Assembly: GCA_963695095.1 (NCBI GenBank)
Contig: CAVOFT010000001.1
Coordinates: forward strand, 2,720,001-2,784,000
Length of the DNA: 64,000 nucleotides
Direction: 5' to 3'
Origin: an uncultured bacterium
GTDB lineage: Bacteria; Krumholzibacteriota; Krumholzibacteriia; JACNKJ01
Shown here: positions 1 to 15,671 of the stretch, in pieces
How the letters are laid out: each line of letters begins with the position of its first letter
Numbering within the stretch: position 1 is the first letter of the stretch
Translations under genes and position numbers: made by a program
Notes under the pieces: model-generated
Told to the model about the DNA's origin: nothing
The model's input: the letters and a program-made list of their open reading frames with translations, nothing else
Database searches by the model: none

Positions 1-1527
1 AGACCGCGCGGCGCGTCTTCAGCCGCGGCTGGGACAGCATGAAGCTCTACTTCATGATCGGCCTGCCCACGGAGACGAGGCGGACGTGGCCGGCATCGTC
101 GAGACGGGCGCGCGCTGCCTCGGCGTCGCGCGCGGCATCGCCGGCCGCAAGCGCCCCGCGCAGGTGACCTGCTCGGTGTGCAGCTTCGTGCCCAAGCCGC
201 ACACGCCGTTCCAGTGGGCGGCCATGGACGGCATGACCCAGCTCGCGCGAGAAGCAGAGCCTGCTCATCGACCGCGCGCGGCGCGAGAAGCTGCGCCTGA
301 AGTGGCACGACCCCGAGGTCAGCTTCCTGGAAGGCGTGCTCAGCCGCGGCGACCGCCGCCTGGGCGATCTCATCGAGCGGGCCTACGCCAAGGGCTGCCG
401 CTTCGACGGCTGGGACGAGCACTTCCACTTCGACCGCTGGCTCGAGGCCATGGCCGAGCTCGACATCGACCCCGCGCTCTACCTGGGCACCCTGCCCGTG
501 GACGCGCGGCTGCCCTGGGACCACGTCGATCCGGGCGTCACCAAGGATTTCCTGGCGATGGAGTATCGCCGCAGCCTCAGGGACCGGCTGTCGCCCCCCT
601 GCGGCAAGCCCAAGGGCGCCATCATCCACCCGGACAGCCTGGCCGCGGCCGCCGCCCAGGCGCAAGCCCCTGGTCTGCTACCACTGCGGCGTGGCCTGCG
701 ACCTCACGGCGATGAAGACCGAGCGCGTGGACTTCCACGGCGAGCTGGTGGCGCTGGCCGGCCGGCGGCCGCGCCGCGAGGAGGCGGCGACTGTCGCCTA
801 CCGGCTCGTCTACGCCAAGACGGGCGCAGCCCAGTTCATGAGCCACCTCGACCTGCTGCGCGCCCTGCCGCGGGCGCTGCGGCGGGCAGGCCTGCGCGTG
901 GCCTACAGCCAGGGCTTCCACCCGCACGCCCTGCTCAGCTTCAGCCCCGCCCTGCCGATGGGCATGGCCGGCCTCGCCGAGCAGATGGAGCTGCGCCTGC
1001 GCGAGGATCTCGAGCCGGCGGCGCTCATCGCCGCGCTGGCGCCGGCCCTGCCCGAGGGCATCCACCTGCGGGCCGGCTTCCGCGACGAGCCGGCGGGGCT
1101 GGCCGGCCGGCTCGTGGCCTCCCGCCTGCTCGTCCGCTTCGCGGGTCCGACGGGCGCGGCGCTCGCCGCGCGCTGCGAGGAGTTGCTGGCGCAGACGAGC
1201 ATCGCCGTCGAGCGCGAGCGCAAGCGCCAGCTGCGCACGCTCGAGCTGCGGCCCTCCCTGCTCGCGCTGCGCCCGCTGGCCCCAGGCGAGTTCGCCGCGG
1301 CCGAGGCCCTGCTCGCGCAGGAAGGCGCCGCCTTGCCCGCCGGCGGCGTCTACGTCGAGCTGGCCGTGCAGGAGGCCGCCCTCAAGGCCGCCGAGCTGGT
1401 CGAGCTGCTCGGCGGCGAGCCCGAGAGCCTCCTCGCCCTGCGCCTGGGCTTCCGGCTCGCCGACGGGCCTGGCAATGACAGTGAGGAGGAGCTGCAACCC
1501 GATGAACCGGAGCGACTCCGCGCCTGA
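1..1527 (+). CDS. B12-binding radical SAM protein (TIGR03960-like) fused to a radical SAM-linked domain (TIGR03936-like); 5'-truncated, frameshifted
   Basis: Pieces across frames read KLYFMIGLP, SFVPKPHTPFQW, SRGDRRLG..GCRFDGWDEHF, LPWDHVD and CYHCGVACDL, then FMSHLDLLRALPRALRRAGL..YSQGFHP..LSFSPALP. Stop TGA at 1525-1527. Confidence 0.8.
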
Positions 1528-1653
1528 GTCGGCGACTTGAAGTGCCGGGACTCCGCATCCCGCGCTGCGAAATTCAGCCTTAGCTCTGGCCAGCGCCGCC
1601 GCCAGCGCCTTTAATAGAGCTCCAACACTCCCGGAGAGCGAAGCGCCACCCCG

Positions 1654-4466
<2,813 letters not shown>

Positions 4467-4499
4467 ATCGGCGCCCGCCGGGCGCCAGAGGCGAGTAGC

Positions 4500-5752
4500 G
4501 TGCAACTGACCGTGCCTGCCTTCGGCGAATCGATCAGCGAAGTCCTGATCAGCGAGTGGCTGGTGGCCGAAGGCGCCAGCGTGGCCCGCGAGGCCAACCT
4601 CGTCGTCATCGAAACGGACAAGATCACCAGCGAGGTGCCCGCGCCGATGGATTGCCGGGTGACGCGCATCCTCAAGCAGGCCGGCGAGACGGCGACGGTG
4701 GGCGAGGTGATCGCCGAGCTGGAGGAGCTGGCGGCGGGCAGCGTCGCCGCGGCGGCGCCGGTCGCACCGGCCGTGGCGGCGCGCCCGGCTGCGCCGGCCA
4801 CTCCCGCCAGCCCGCCCCCGGGCGCGGATCCCCCTGCCGCGCCGGTGATGCCCGCCGCCGAGCGGCTGATGGCCGAACAGGGCCTGGCCGCCGGTAGCGT
4901 CGCCGGTAGCGGGCCGGGCGGCCGCGTGCTCAAGGAGGACGTGCTGCGCCACCTCGAGGCCGCTGCCGCGGCCCCGCCGGCTCCCGCGGTGCGGGCCGGA
5001 GTGGCTCCCCCGAGGCGACGCTCGCAACGCCAGTTGCGAGCGCACGAACTGAAGAGCGCGTGCCGATGAGCCCCCTGCGCAAGAAGCTCGCGCAGCATCT
5101 GCTCGCCGCGCAGCAGAACGCCGCCCTGCTCACCACCTTCAACGAGGTGGACATGAGCGCGGTCAGGCAGCCTGCGCCGCCGCGTGCAGGAGGAGTTCCA
5201 GGCCAGGCACGGCGTCAAGCTGGGCATGATGTCCTTCTTCGTGAAGGCGGCAGTCGAAGCGCTCAAGGAGTTCCCCGCCGTCAATGCGCGCATCGATGAC
5301 AAGGGCGACGCCATCGTCTACCGCAACTACTTCGACATCGGCGTGGCCGTGGGCGGCGGCAAGGGCCTGGTGGTGCCGGTGCTGCGCGGCGCCGAGCGCT
5401 TGGGCTTCGCGGACATCGAGAAGGCCATCGCCGATTTCGCCCGCCGCGCTCAGGAGAACAAGCTGACACTGGAAGAGCTGCACGGGCGGCACCTTCACCA
5501 TCTCCAACGGCGGCATCTACGGCAACCTGCTGTCGACGCCCATCGTCAACGCGCCGCAGAGCGGCATCCTCGGCCTGCACGCCATCCAGGAGCGGCCCGT
5601 GGCGCGCGAGGGCCAGGTGGTGATCCGGCCGATGATGTACGTGGCCGCTCACCTACGACCACCGCCTCATCGACGGCCGCGAGGCCGTGGGCTTCCTCAA
5701 GCACGTGAAGAGCGCCGTCGAGGAACCGAGCCGCATCCTGCTCGAGCTGTAG
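4500..5752 (+). CDS. sucB: dihydrolipoamide succinyltransferase E2 (several apparent frameshifts)
   Basis: Lipoyl motif IETDKI, E3-binding [30 protein letters not shown] and YDHRLIDG. Stop TAG at 5750-5752. Confidence 0.92.
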
Positions 5753-8907
<3,155 letters not shown>

Positions 8908-8918
<11 letters not shown>

Positions 8919-9204
8919 CGCCCGCCTCGCGCGCGAGTTCGCCCAGCAGGCGGATGGATTCCACGCCCGCCAGCGGCAGCTCCAGGCGCAGGGCCTTGGG
9001 GAAGACGCCAAAGGCCGCGGCCTTGGCCAGAAACTCCGCGCGCGTGCCCGGGTCCTCGCCCTCGCGGTGCCAGCCTGCGTCGAGCAGCAGGATGCTCTCC
9101 GCGCGGATGTCGTCGCAGCGGCCGACGTAGGCAGCCTCGGCGGCGATGACCACCACGGTCATGCCGTGCAGGGCGTCGCGGTCGTGATGGAAGGTGCGCT
9201 CCAT
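8908..9204 (-). CDS. hypothetical protein (98 aa, MERTFHHDRDALHGMTVVV...)
   Basis: ATG at 9204 preceded by GAG and host-like codon use. It is in frame with the upstream RCC1 ORF but separated from it by a terminator-like hairpin. Confidence 0.6.
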
Positions 9205-9269
9205 GGGCTCGCTCCCGGCCGGGGTATGGCCTTCAGGATCGGCCACGAGCGCCGGGCGCGCAAGCGCCA

Positions 9270-9297
9270 AGGGGGCCCCACCGGTCGGGGAGCCCCT
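9270..9297 (-). terminator. terminator-like GC hairpin after the RCC1 repeats
   Basis: Minus strand reads AGGGGCTCC..GGGGCCCCCTT, with only a weak U-tract. Confidence 0.35.
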
Positions 9298-9309
9298 CGC
9301 CTCTCCCGT

Positions 9310-10716
9310 GCTGCCGTCCGCCTTGAGGCCAAGACTGTGCAGAACCCCTGCCGCCACGGCCACGAAGTCGCTGTTGGGCTCGGGCACGTTGCATTGGCCT
9401 TCGTCGTTCAGACCCCAGGCGACGATCGACCCGTCGGCTTTGAGGCCGAGGCAGTGGTCGTTTGCGGAGATGGCCACGAAGCCGGAGTTCGGCGCAGGTA
9501 CCTCACACTTGCCGTTCTCGTTGTTTCCCCAGGCGACGATTGAACCATCCGCTTTCAGCCCAAAGTTGCATTTATTTCCGGCCGCCACCTTGACGAAGTC
9601 GCTGTTTGGCGGAGGCACGTTGTAGACATCATCGTAGTTATTCCCCCAACACGCGATCGAGCCATCCGCCCTCAGCCCCAAGAAATGAGTAGTCGCTATC
9701 GCCCAGCTCACCGTGTCATTGCCTGTCGCAATGGCCACAAAGTCATTGTTCGGCGCCGGCACACCACACTGACCATAGGTGTTGTCGCCCCAGGCCACCA
9801 GGGAGCCGTCGTCTTTCAGCGCGAAGCTGTAACGTATTCCGGCAACCATAGCAGCATAGCCGGTATTCGGCTGGGGGATCTCACACTGACCGGACTCGTT
9901 CCAACCCCAGGCGACCAACGAGCCATCGGCCCTGAGGCCGAGGCTATGAAAGGCGCCGGCGGCAACAGCTACGAAACCGGTGTTTGGTTCCGGCACATCG
10001 CATTGGCCATCCCCATTATCGCCCCATGCGACAATGACGCCATTCGCCTTCAGGCCCAAGCTGTGCACACTGCCCGCCGCTATCGCAGTGAAGTCGGCGT
10101 TCTGGCCGGGTATGTTGCACTGACCTTCGGCGTTCAGACCCCAGGCGACGATGGAACCATCGGCCTTGAGTGCCAGGATATGATGGCCTCCCGCCGCCAT
10201 CGTTAGGAAGTTGCTGTTGGGTTCCGGCACGTCGCAGACGCCGTATGCGTTGTATCCCCAGGCAACGATGGAACCGGTAGCTTTTAGTCCCAGATTGACA
10301 ACATACCCTGCGGACACGGCGACGAAGTCGGCATTGGGCTCCGGTACGTCGTTCATGCCATAGCTGCCATCTCCCCAGGCTAGGATTGATCCATCATCTT
10401 TCAGGCCCAGGAAGTGAGTCCAGTGACCCACCGACACAGCCTGGAAGCCCTCGTTGGGAATAGGTAGCTGCGCTTGCCTATACAGGTTGCGTCCCCAGAC
10501 GATCACGGAGCCGTCAGCCTTGAGCCCGATATTGCTGTCACCCACTGGAGAAGCCGAGATGGCTGCGAGGTTCTCGAGTTCCCACTGGGGCAGCACGATC
10601 GCCTCACCCCAACTGCGGATTCCATACCCTTCCTGGGCCCAGGCCACACCGCCCGTGACCAGCCATGCCAGCACGACGAACGCCAAGAACCCTCTGTGTC
10701 GGATCCTCATCGCCAT
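9310..10716 (-). CDS. secreted RCC1/BLIP-II-like beta-propeller repeat protein, C-terminally truncated
   Basis: Signal peptide, then about 10 repeats of 'AGxxHSLGLKADGSIVAWGxNxxGQCxVPxPN'. The last repeat breaks at KADGS. The DNA is visibly more AT-rich than its flanks. Confidence 0.8.
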
Positions 10717-10832
10717 TCCCTCGCTTTGGTCTTCGGGTTGATCGGACGCTCTGCCCCAGCTGCGGGGCGACCCGGCGAGGAATGGGACACAGAGGCGCCG
10801 CAAGTATCACGGCGTCGGAGGCAGGATCAGTG

Positions 10833-10860
10833 AAAAAAGGCCCCGCCGCCTGGCGGGGCC
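10833..10860 (-). terminator. intrinsic terminator after the peroxiredoxin gene
   Basis: GGCCCCGCC-AGGC-GGCGGGGCC followed by TTTTTT on the minus strand. Confidence 0.85.
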
Positions 10861-10887
10861 CCGGAGCAGTCGTCGTTGAAGTGGAAA

Positions 10888-11587
10888 TCAGGGCTTCCAG
10901 ACCTGCCAGACCTTGCCGACCAGGTCCGGGCCCACCTTGAGCGTGGGCTTGCCGGGCGTCCAGCCGGCGGGCGTGGCCTCGGCGCCGCCGCTGGCGCGCA
11001 CGAGCTGGAAGGCCTGCACCTGGCGCTCCAGCTCGGCGAAGTTGCGGCCGACCGGCGGGGTCATCACTTCCATGGCCTGGATCACGCCGTCGGGGTCGAT
11101 GAGGAAGCGCCCGCGGATGTCCACGCCGCCGTCCTCGTCGAAGACGCCGTAGATCTGGCCGATGCGGCCGCCGGCGTCGGTGAGCATGGGGAAGGGCACG
11201 CCGCCCTCCACCATCTTCATGAGCTCCTCGCTCTGCCAGATCTTGTGCACGAAGCGGCTGTCCGTGCTCATCGAGAGCACCTGGACGCCGAGCTTGACGA
11301 GGCTCTTGTGCTGGGCCGCGACCGCGGCCAGCTCCGTGGGTCAGACGAAGGTGAAGTCGCCGGGGTAGAAGCAGAGCACCACCCACTGGCCCTTGTAGTC
11401 GCTGAGGCTGATGTTCTTGAAGCCGCCGTCCACGAAGGCCGTCGCCTCGAAGTCCGGGGCTTCCTTGCCGACGCGTGCTAGCACTCTTCGTACCTCCCGT
11501 TGCCGCGGGCGCCGCGCTCTCGTCGGCGCTCTCCACCACCTTGGGGCCGCGGGCACTCGCGACGCAGCCCTGGTGCTTCTCGGCCAT
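10888..11587 (-). CDS. prxU: selenocysteine-containing peroxiredoxin (AhpC/PrxU type); in-frame UGA at 11341-11343
   Basis: [15 protein letters not shown] places UGA at the peroxidatic Cys of FTFVCPTE, and the frame continues to ..VGRN..GWTPG. A SECIS-like hairpin follows. AAGGAGGT precedes ATG 11587, which is out of frame with the core. There is also an in-frame GTG at 11484 with GGAGG. Confidence 0.9.
11310..11332 (-). promoter_or_regulatory. bacterial SECIS element of the peroxiredoxin
   Basis: GCU-GGCCGC-GGUC-GCGGCC-C-AGC; the loop begins 17 nt after the UGA. Confidence 0.75.
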
Positions 11588-11695
11588 GGCACCTCCTTGC
11601 GCCCCGCGCGCCGGCAGCCGCCGCGCGCCTCGGACGCCATGGTTGCATTGTACTGAAACATCGCGGAATTGCAAGGAGGGCCGGGCAGGGGGGGC

Positions 11696-11727
11696 AAAGA
11701 AAGGGGCCCCGCCGAACGGCGGGGCCC
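11696..11727 (-). terminator. intrinsic terminator closing the intergenic unit upstream of prxU
   Basis: GGGCCCCGCC-GTTC-GGCGGGGCCC followed by CTTTCTTT. Confidence 0.8.
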
Positions 11728-11814
11728 GGAATCGGTCGGCATCGGTGACGTTGGGTTTCCCCGCCGGGCGGGGGATGATCCCAAGTCAGCGGATGACGTC
11801 GGGATGGCCCGTGG

Positions 11815-11859
11815 TTACGGGGACGCCACCTCCGCCAAGCCGCGTATACCTGAAGTCAC
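11815..11859 (-). CDS. putative 14-aa peptide MTSGIRGLAEVASP
   Basis: GTG lies 7 nt after AGGAGG; stop TAA at 11815-11817. Confidence 0.4.
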   Translation of the reverse strand: MTSGIRGLAEVASP

Positions 11860-12093
11860 TGGACCACCTCCTTTTCCGGGCGAACCGGAATTCGGTGAGA
11901 CCCACCTCACCCGGCCCCCTGACCGCCCTCGTCTCGGGGACCGCCGCAGCGTCTGCGGATGGATACCTGTCCACTATGATCGGGCATTTCCGGGCGGAAG
12001 CCAAGGGGAAAATGCGGGCGGCCGGGGCAGCAGCCCCCCGGGCGGCCCCCCACGCTGGGGACTGCCCGCAGGCAGAGCGCAGCCCTGCGCCCC

Positions 12094-12843
12094 CTACTCG
12101 ATGTTGTACTGGATGGTGACGACGACGCGGGCCAGCTTGTCGATGGTGCTCTTGTCGTAGCGTCCGCCGTACTCGTAATCCCCGTCGCTATCGCCCGCGG
12201 CCAGGATGTAGAAGGCGCCCTGCGAGGCGCTGCGCATCGAGCCCACCTTGGCGTCGCCGTTCTTGGCGAACTCCTCGGCGCGAACGCGCGCGTTCTGCGT
12301 GGCGGCGCCGATCAGGGACATCTTCACGTCTTCCAGGTTCGAGATCATGAACAGCGGCTGGTCGTGGGTGACGGCCAGGTGCTCGGCCTCGAACTCCAGG
12401 ATCGGCCCTGCGCATGCCAGCACCCGGGCCAGGTCCTGCGTGGCGAGCGTCGTGGACTGCCGAGCCTCGAAGCCGGACTGGACGCGGCGATCGCGACCGT
12501 CGCGCCCCTCCCGCATCACCCAGTGCGGTTCCACGAACTCCTGCGACTCCGTGATCGCGTCGGCGGGAAAGCCCTGCGCCAGCAGGAAGGCGCGCACCTT
12601 GGGCTGCGTGGCGCGCAGGGCGGCCAGCGCGGCGGCGAAGGTGGGAGCCGTTTCCGTGACGTTCACGGTGCACTCCGCGCGGTCGGCCTCGACCGGTTTC
12701 TCGGCCAGACCCTTCACCATGATGCTCTGGTTGCTGTCGCGCAGGTGCTTGATCTGCGTGCCGAGGACGTAGGCCGCGACGACGAGACCGATCGCGAGGA
12801 TCGCGGCCACGGCCACCGAGGGGCGCGAAGGGGAAGCGTTCAT
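12094..12843 (-). CDS. SIMPL (DUF541) domain protein
   Basis: N-terminal anchor, VKGLAEKPVEAD, ATQNARVRAEEFA, SASQGAFYI and DKLARVVVT. Confidence 0.85.
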   Translation of the reverse strand: MNASPSRPSVAVAAILAIGLVVAAYVLGTQIKHLRDSNQSIMVKGLAEKPVEADRAECTVNVTETAPTFAAALAALRATQPKVRAFLLAQGFPADAITESQEFVEPHWVMREGRDGRDRRVQSGFEARQSTTLATQDLARVLACAGPILEFEAEHLAVTHDQPLFMISNLEDVKMSLIGAATQNARVRAEEFAKNGDAKVGSMRSASQGAFYILAAGDSDGDYEYGGRYDKSTIDKLARVVVTIQYNIE

Positions 12844-13008
12844 CGCTGCTCTCCTGCTCCGTTTCAGGTAGTATGCTCCTGCCGACTCGCGGGGCGAGTG
12901 TAGCAGCGAGGTCGGCAAGAAGGCCATCGACTTCGTCGGTTGTCATATCGCCGTGACTGGCGCCGGGGATCGCCGCAGAGGCCGGGAAATCCGCGCGGAG
13001 AAGGGCAA

Positions 13009-14374
13009 ATGAAGCAGCGAGAATTCGAGAGCGTCAATCCCTACACGGGCGTGCCGATCGCCACCTACCCGGGCCATGCGCCGGGGGCGCTGGCGGCGAT
13101 ACTCGCGCGATCGCAGGCCGCCTTCGCGAGCTGGCGGCAGGTGCCGCTGGCCGCGCGCAGCGCCTTGCTGGCCAGGGCCGGCGATCTCCTGCGCCGGAAC
13201 GTCGATCGCTACGCGCGCACGATCACGCTGGAAATGGGCAAGCCGATCGCGGAGTCCAGGGCCGAGGTCACGAAGTGCGCCTGGGCCTGCGACTACTACG
13301 CCGAGCAGGCCGCGGCCTTCCTGGCCCCGGAGCCGATCGCGACCGATGCCCACGAGAGCTTCGTCCGCTGCGATCCCATCGGCGGCGTGCTCGCGGTCAT
13401 GCCCTGGAACTTCCCCTTCTGGCAGGTGATCCGCTTCGCGGCGCCCACGCTCACGGCCGGCAACGTCGGCCTGCTGAAGCACGCCGCCAACGTCTGCGGC
13501 TGCGCCCTTCACATCGAGGAGCTGTTCCGGGAGGCCGGCTACCCGGAGGGGGTGTTCCAGACCCTGCTCATCGGCCACGAGCAGGTCGAAGCCGTCATCG
13601 CCCATGAGGCCGTGCGGGCCGTGACCCTGACCGGCAGCGAGCAGGCCGGAGCCGCGGTGGCCGCCCTCGCCGGCCGCCACCTCAAGAAGTCGCTGCTCGA
13701 GCTCGGCGGCAGCAACGCGCTTCATCGTCTGGCCGGACGCCGATCTCGACGCCGCGGTGCGCACCGCCGTGGCCGCGCGCATGGTCAACGCGGGTCAGAG
13801 CTGCATCGCGGCGAAGCGCTTCATCGTCGTCGAGCAGGTCCGCGAGGAGTTCACGACGCGGCTCGTGGCCGCGCTGCGCGGACTCCGGGCCGGGGATCCG
13901 CTGGAGGAGGCGACGCAGGTGGGTCCCCTGGCGCGCAAGGATCTCGCGGAGGAGTTGCAGGCGCAGGTCGCGCGCTCGCTGGAGCTGGGCGCGCAGGTCC
14001 TGCTGGGCGGGAGCCACGAGGGCGCCTTCTTCGAGCCGACCGTGCTCGCCGCCGTCCGGCCGGGAATGCCGGTCTTCGACGAGGAGACCTTCGGCCCGGT
14101 CGCCGCCGTCGTGAGCGCGCGCGACAGGGACCACGCCTTCGAGCTGGCCGAGCAGTCGACCTTCGGCCTCGGGCTGACGCTCTGCACGTCGGATCTGGAC
14201 GCGGCACGCCGCTACGCGGAGCGCGTGAGCGATGGGGCCGTCTTCGTGAACGAGCAGGTGAAGTCGGATCCGCGACTGCCCTTCGGCGGCACGAAGCGCT
14301 CCGGCTACGGTCGCGAGCTGGCCCGCGACGGCATGCTCGAGTTCGTGAACCGCAAGACGGTCTACATCAAGTAA
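13009..14374 (+). CDS. NAD(P)-dependent succinate-semialdehyde dehydrogenase-like aldehyde dehydrogenase (frameshift near 13720)
   Basis: Motifs MPWNFPFWQ, TLTGS, LELGGS, NAGQSCIAAKR, EETFGP and PFGGTKRSGYGRE. Confidence 0.9.
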
Positions 14375-14501
14375 GTCTGAGCGCCGGGGCGCCGCGCGGA
14401 GCTCGGAGTTGTCGGCGGGCTTGGAGGTGAGGAGCGCAGGTCGAAGGGCCTGGGCAGGGCAGCCACTCCGCCGGAGGGACAGGTCACCCCGCTCATGACG
14501 A

Positions 14502-14535
14502 AGCCCCTCCGCAAGTCGTTGCGGAGGGGCTCTTT
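14502..14535. terminator. probable bidirectional terminator between the aldehyde dehydrogenase and the tRNAs
   Basis: Perfect inverted repeat AGCCCCTCCGCAA-GTCG-TTGCGGAGGGGCT followed by CTTT. Confidence 0.7.
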
Positions 14536-14541
14536 ACCGGG

Positions 14542-14614
14542 TGGGCGATACTGGGATCGAACCAGTGACCTCATGCGTGTGAAGCATGCGCTCTCCCAGC
14601 TGAGCTAACCGCCC
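14542..14614 (-). tRNA. tRNA-Val(CAC), CCA not encoded
   Basis: GGGCGGTTAGCTCAGCTGGGAGAGCG-CATGC-TTCACAC-GCATG-AGGTC-ACTGG-TTCGATC-CCAGT-ATCGCCC-A forms a full cloverleaf. Confidence 0.95.
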
Positions 14615-14616
14615 CT

Positions 14617-14692
14617 TGGTGGACCGCAGGAGGATCGAACTCCTGACCTCTGCATTGCGAACGCAGCGCTCTACCAGCTGAGCTAGCGGCCC
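14617..14692 (-). tRNA. tRNA-Ala(CGC)
   Basis: Cloverleaf with anticodon arm CTGCG-TTCGCAA-TGCAG, a G3:U70 pair and encoded CCA. Confidence 0.96.
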
Positions 14693-14706
14693 TGAAAGCG
14701 GATGCC

Positions 14707-14735
14707 AATGTAGCGGAAGGACCCGGGGAAGGCAA
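14707..14735 (-). promoter_or_regulatory. sigma70-type promoter of the tRNA pair
   Basis: TTGCCT-17 nt-TACATT ending 14 nt before tRNA-Ala. Confidence 0.6.
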
Positions 14736-14890
14736 GCCCCCGGGGGCGCCTCGCCGCGGGCGCCCGCGGCCGCGGCACGGGCGGCCCCGCGCGGCCGCTC
14801 ACGCCCGGCGCGACAGAGGCCAACAAAGGCGCGGGGCCCCTCGCGCCGGGCGATGCCACGGCGCGGGAGGCCCCGCAGCGAGGGGGGTGT

Positions 14891-15331
14891 CTAGCGGACC
14901 TGGATCTCGCGGCCGGCCACCTGCTCGGCCTTGGCGATCGAGATCATCAGCAGGCCGTTCTTGAACTCGGCCTCGATCTTCTCCGGATCGGCCTCCTTGG
15001 GCAGCCGGAAGCTGCGCTCGAAGCGGCCGTAGAGGCGCTCGACCCGGCGGAAGCGGCGCTCCTTCTCCTCCACGATGCTCTTGCGCTCGCCGCTGAGGAC
15101 CAGCAGGCCGTCCTCCACCTTGAGGCTGAGGTCGCTCTTCTCGAGACCGGGCAGCTCGACGTGGATCTCGTACTGCTTGTCCGTCTCGGCGATGTCCACG
15201 CGGGGGCTCCACTGCACCTGGGCCTCGGGCTCGCAGGTGGCGCAGCCCGCCGGGGCCTTGAAGAACTCGTTCCAGAGGCGGTCGATGTCGTTCATGCCGG
15301 CGTACTGGGGCTTCCACTTGATGAGAGTCAT
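14891..15331 (-). CDS. Hsp20/alpha-crystallin small heat shock protein
   Basis: Motifs WSPRVDIAET, ELPGL, LSGERK, ERLYGRFERSFRLP and AEFKNGLL. Confidence 0.95.
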   Translation of the reverse strand: MTLIKWKPQYAGMNDIDRLWNEFFKAPAGCATCEPEAQVQWSPRVDIAETDKQYEIHVELPGLEKSDLSLKVEDGLLVLSGERKSIVEEKERRFRRVERLYGRFERSFRLPKEADPEKIEAEFKNGLLMISIAKAEQVAGREIQVR

Positions 15332-15404
15332 CTCGGCTCCTCCTGATTCGTCTCGAGCCTGCGGGCTCGAAGGGCTTGGGGGGTTATCTGCTCGACCTCG
15401 CTAC

Positions 15405-15420
15405 AGCAACCGCCTTGCCA
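15405..15420 (-). promoter_or_regulatory. sigma54 (-24/-12) promoter of hsp20
   Basis: TGGCAAGGCGGTTGCT matches TGGCACG-N4-TTGCW with exact GG-N10-GC spacing. Confidence 0.65.
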
Positions 15421-15671
15421 AACTGGGCACATCGCCACAAGTGGCTATCTGAATTGGACTTGGCATGTGTACACGTGTACACTCGCAGGCCCGCGCCTCG
15501 AATTACTGCCATCGTGGCGCACTCATGCGCTGCCATATCGGCTGGCCTCGGACGACCCGTCACCGGCCTGACAGGCCCCCTGGCAGAGTCGCCGCGAACT
15601 GCCCGCCGGTGGACTTGTGGAGAAGCCGCTCCGGGATTACCCTGCGCTCAGTCCAGCACCGGAGGTGCAGC

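Larger units (their letters stand above)
11696..11975 (-). ncRNA. candidate structured small RNA or small-ORF mRNA with extended anti-16S element
   Basis: A series of hairpins, AAAGGAGGTGGTCCAG at 11859-11874, a 14-codon ORF and its own terminator. The 5' end is approximate. Confidence 0.45.

Noticed and set aside
9310..10560. Periodic DNA repeats as a CRISPR array or DGR template
   Set aside because: The repeats are degenerate, codon-phased protein repeats, and there are no cas or reverse transcriptase genes in the window.
11859..11875. Plus-strand CTGGACCACCTCCTTTT as a 16S rRNA gene fragment
   Set aside because: The similarity does not extend into the rest of helix 45 or helix 44, and the terminator and ORF point to minus-strand use. 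It is reported as an extended SD instead.
14380..14700. tRNA pair as an integration site for an island
   Set aside because: No integrase and no duplicated tRNA 3' end were seen in the window.
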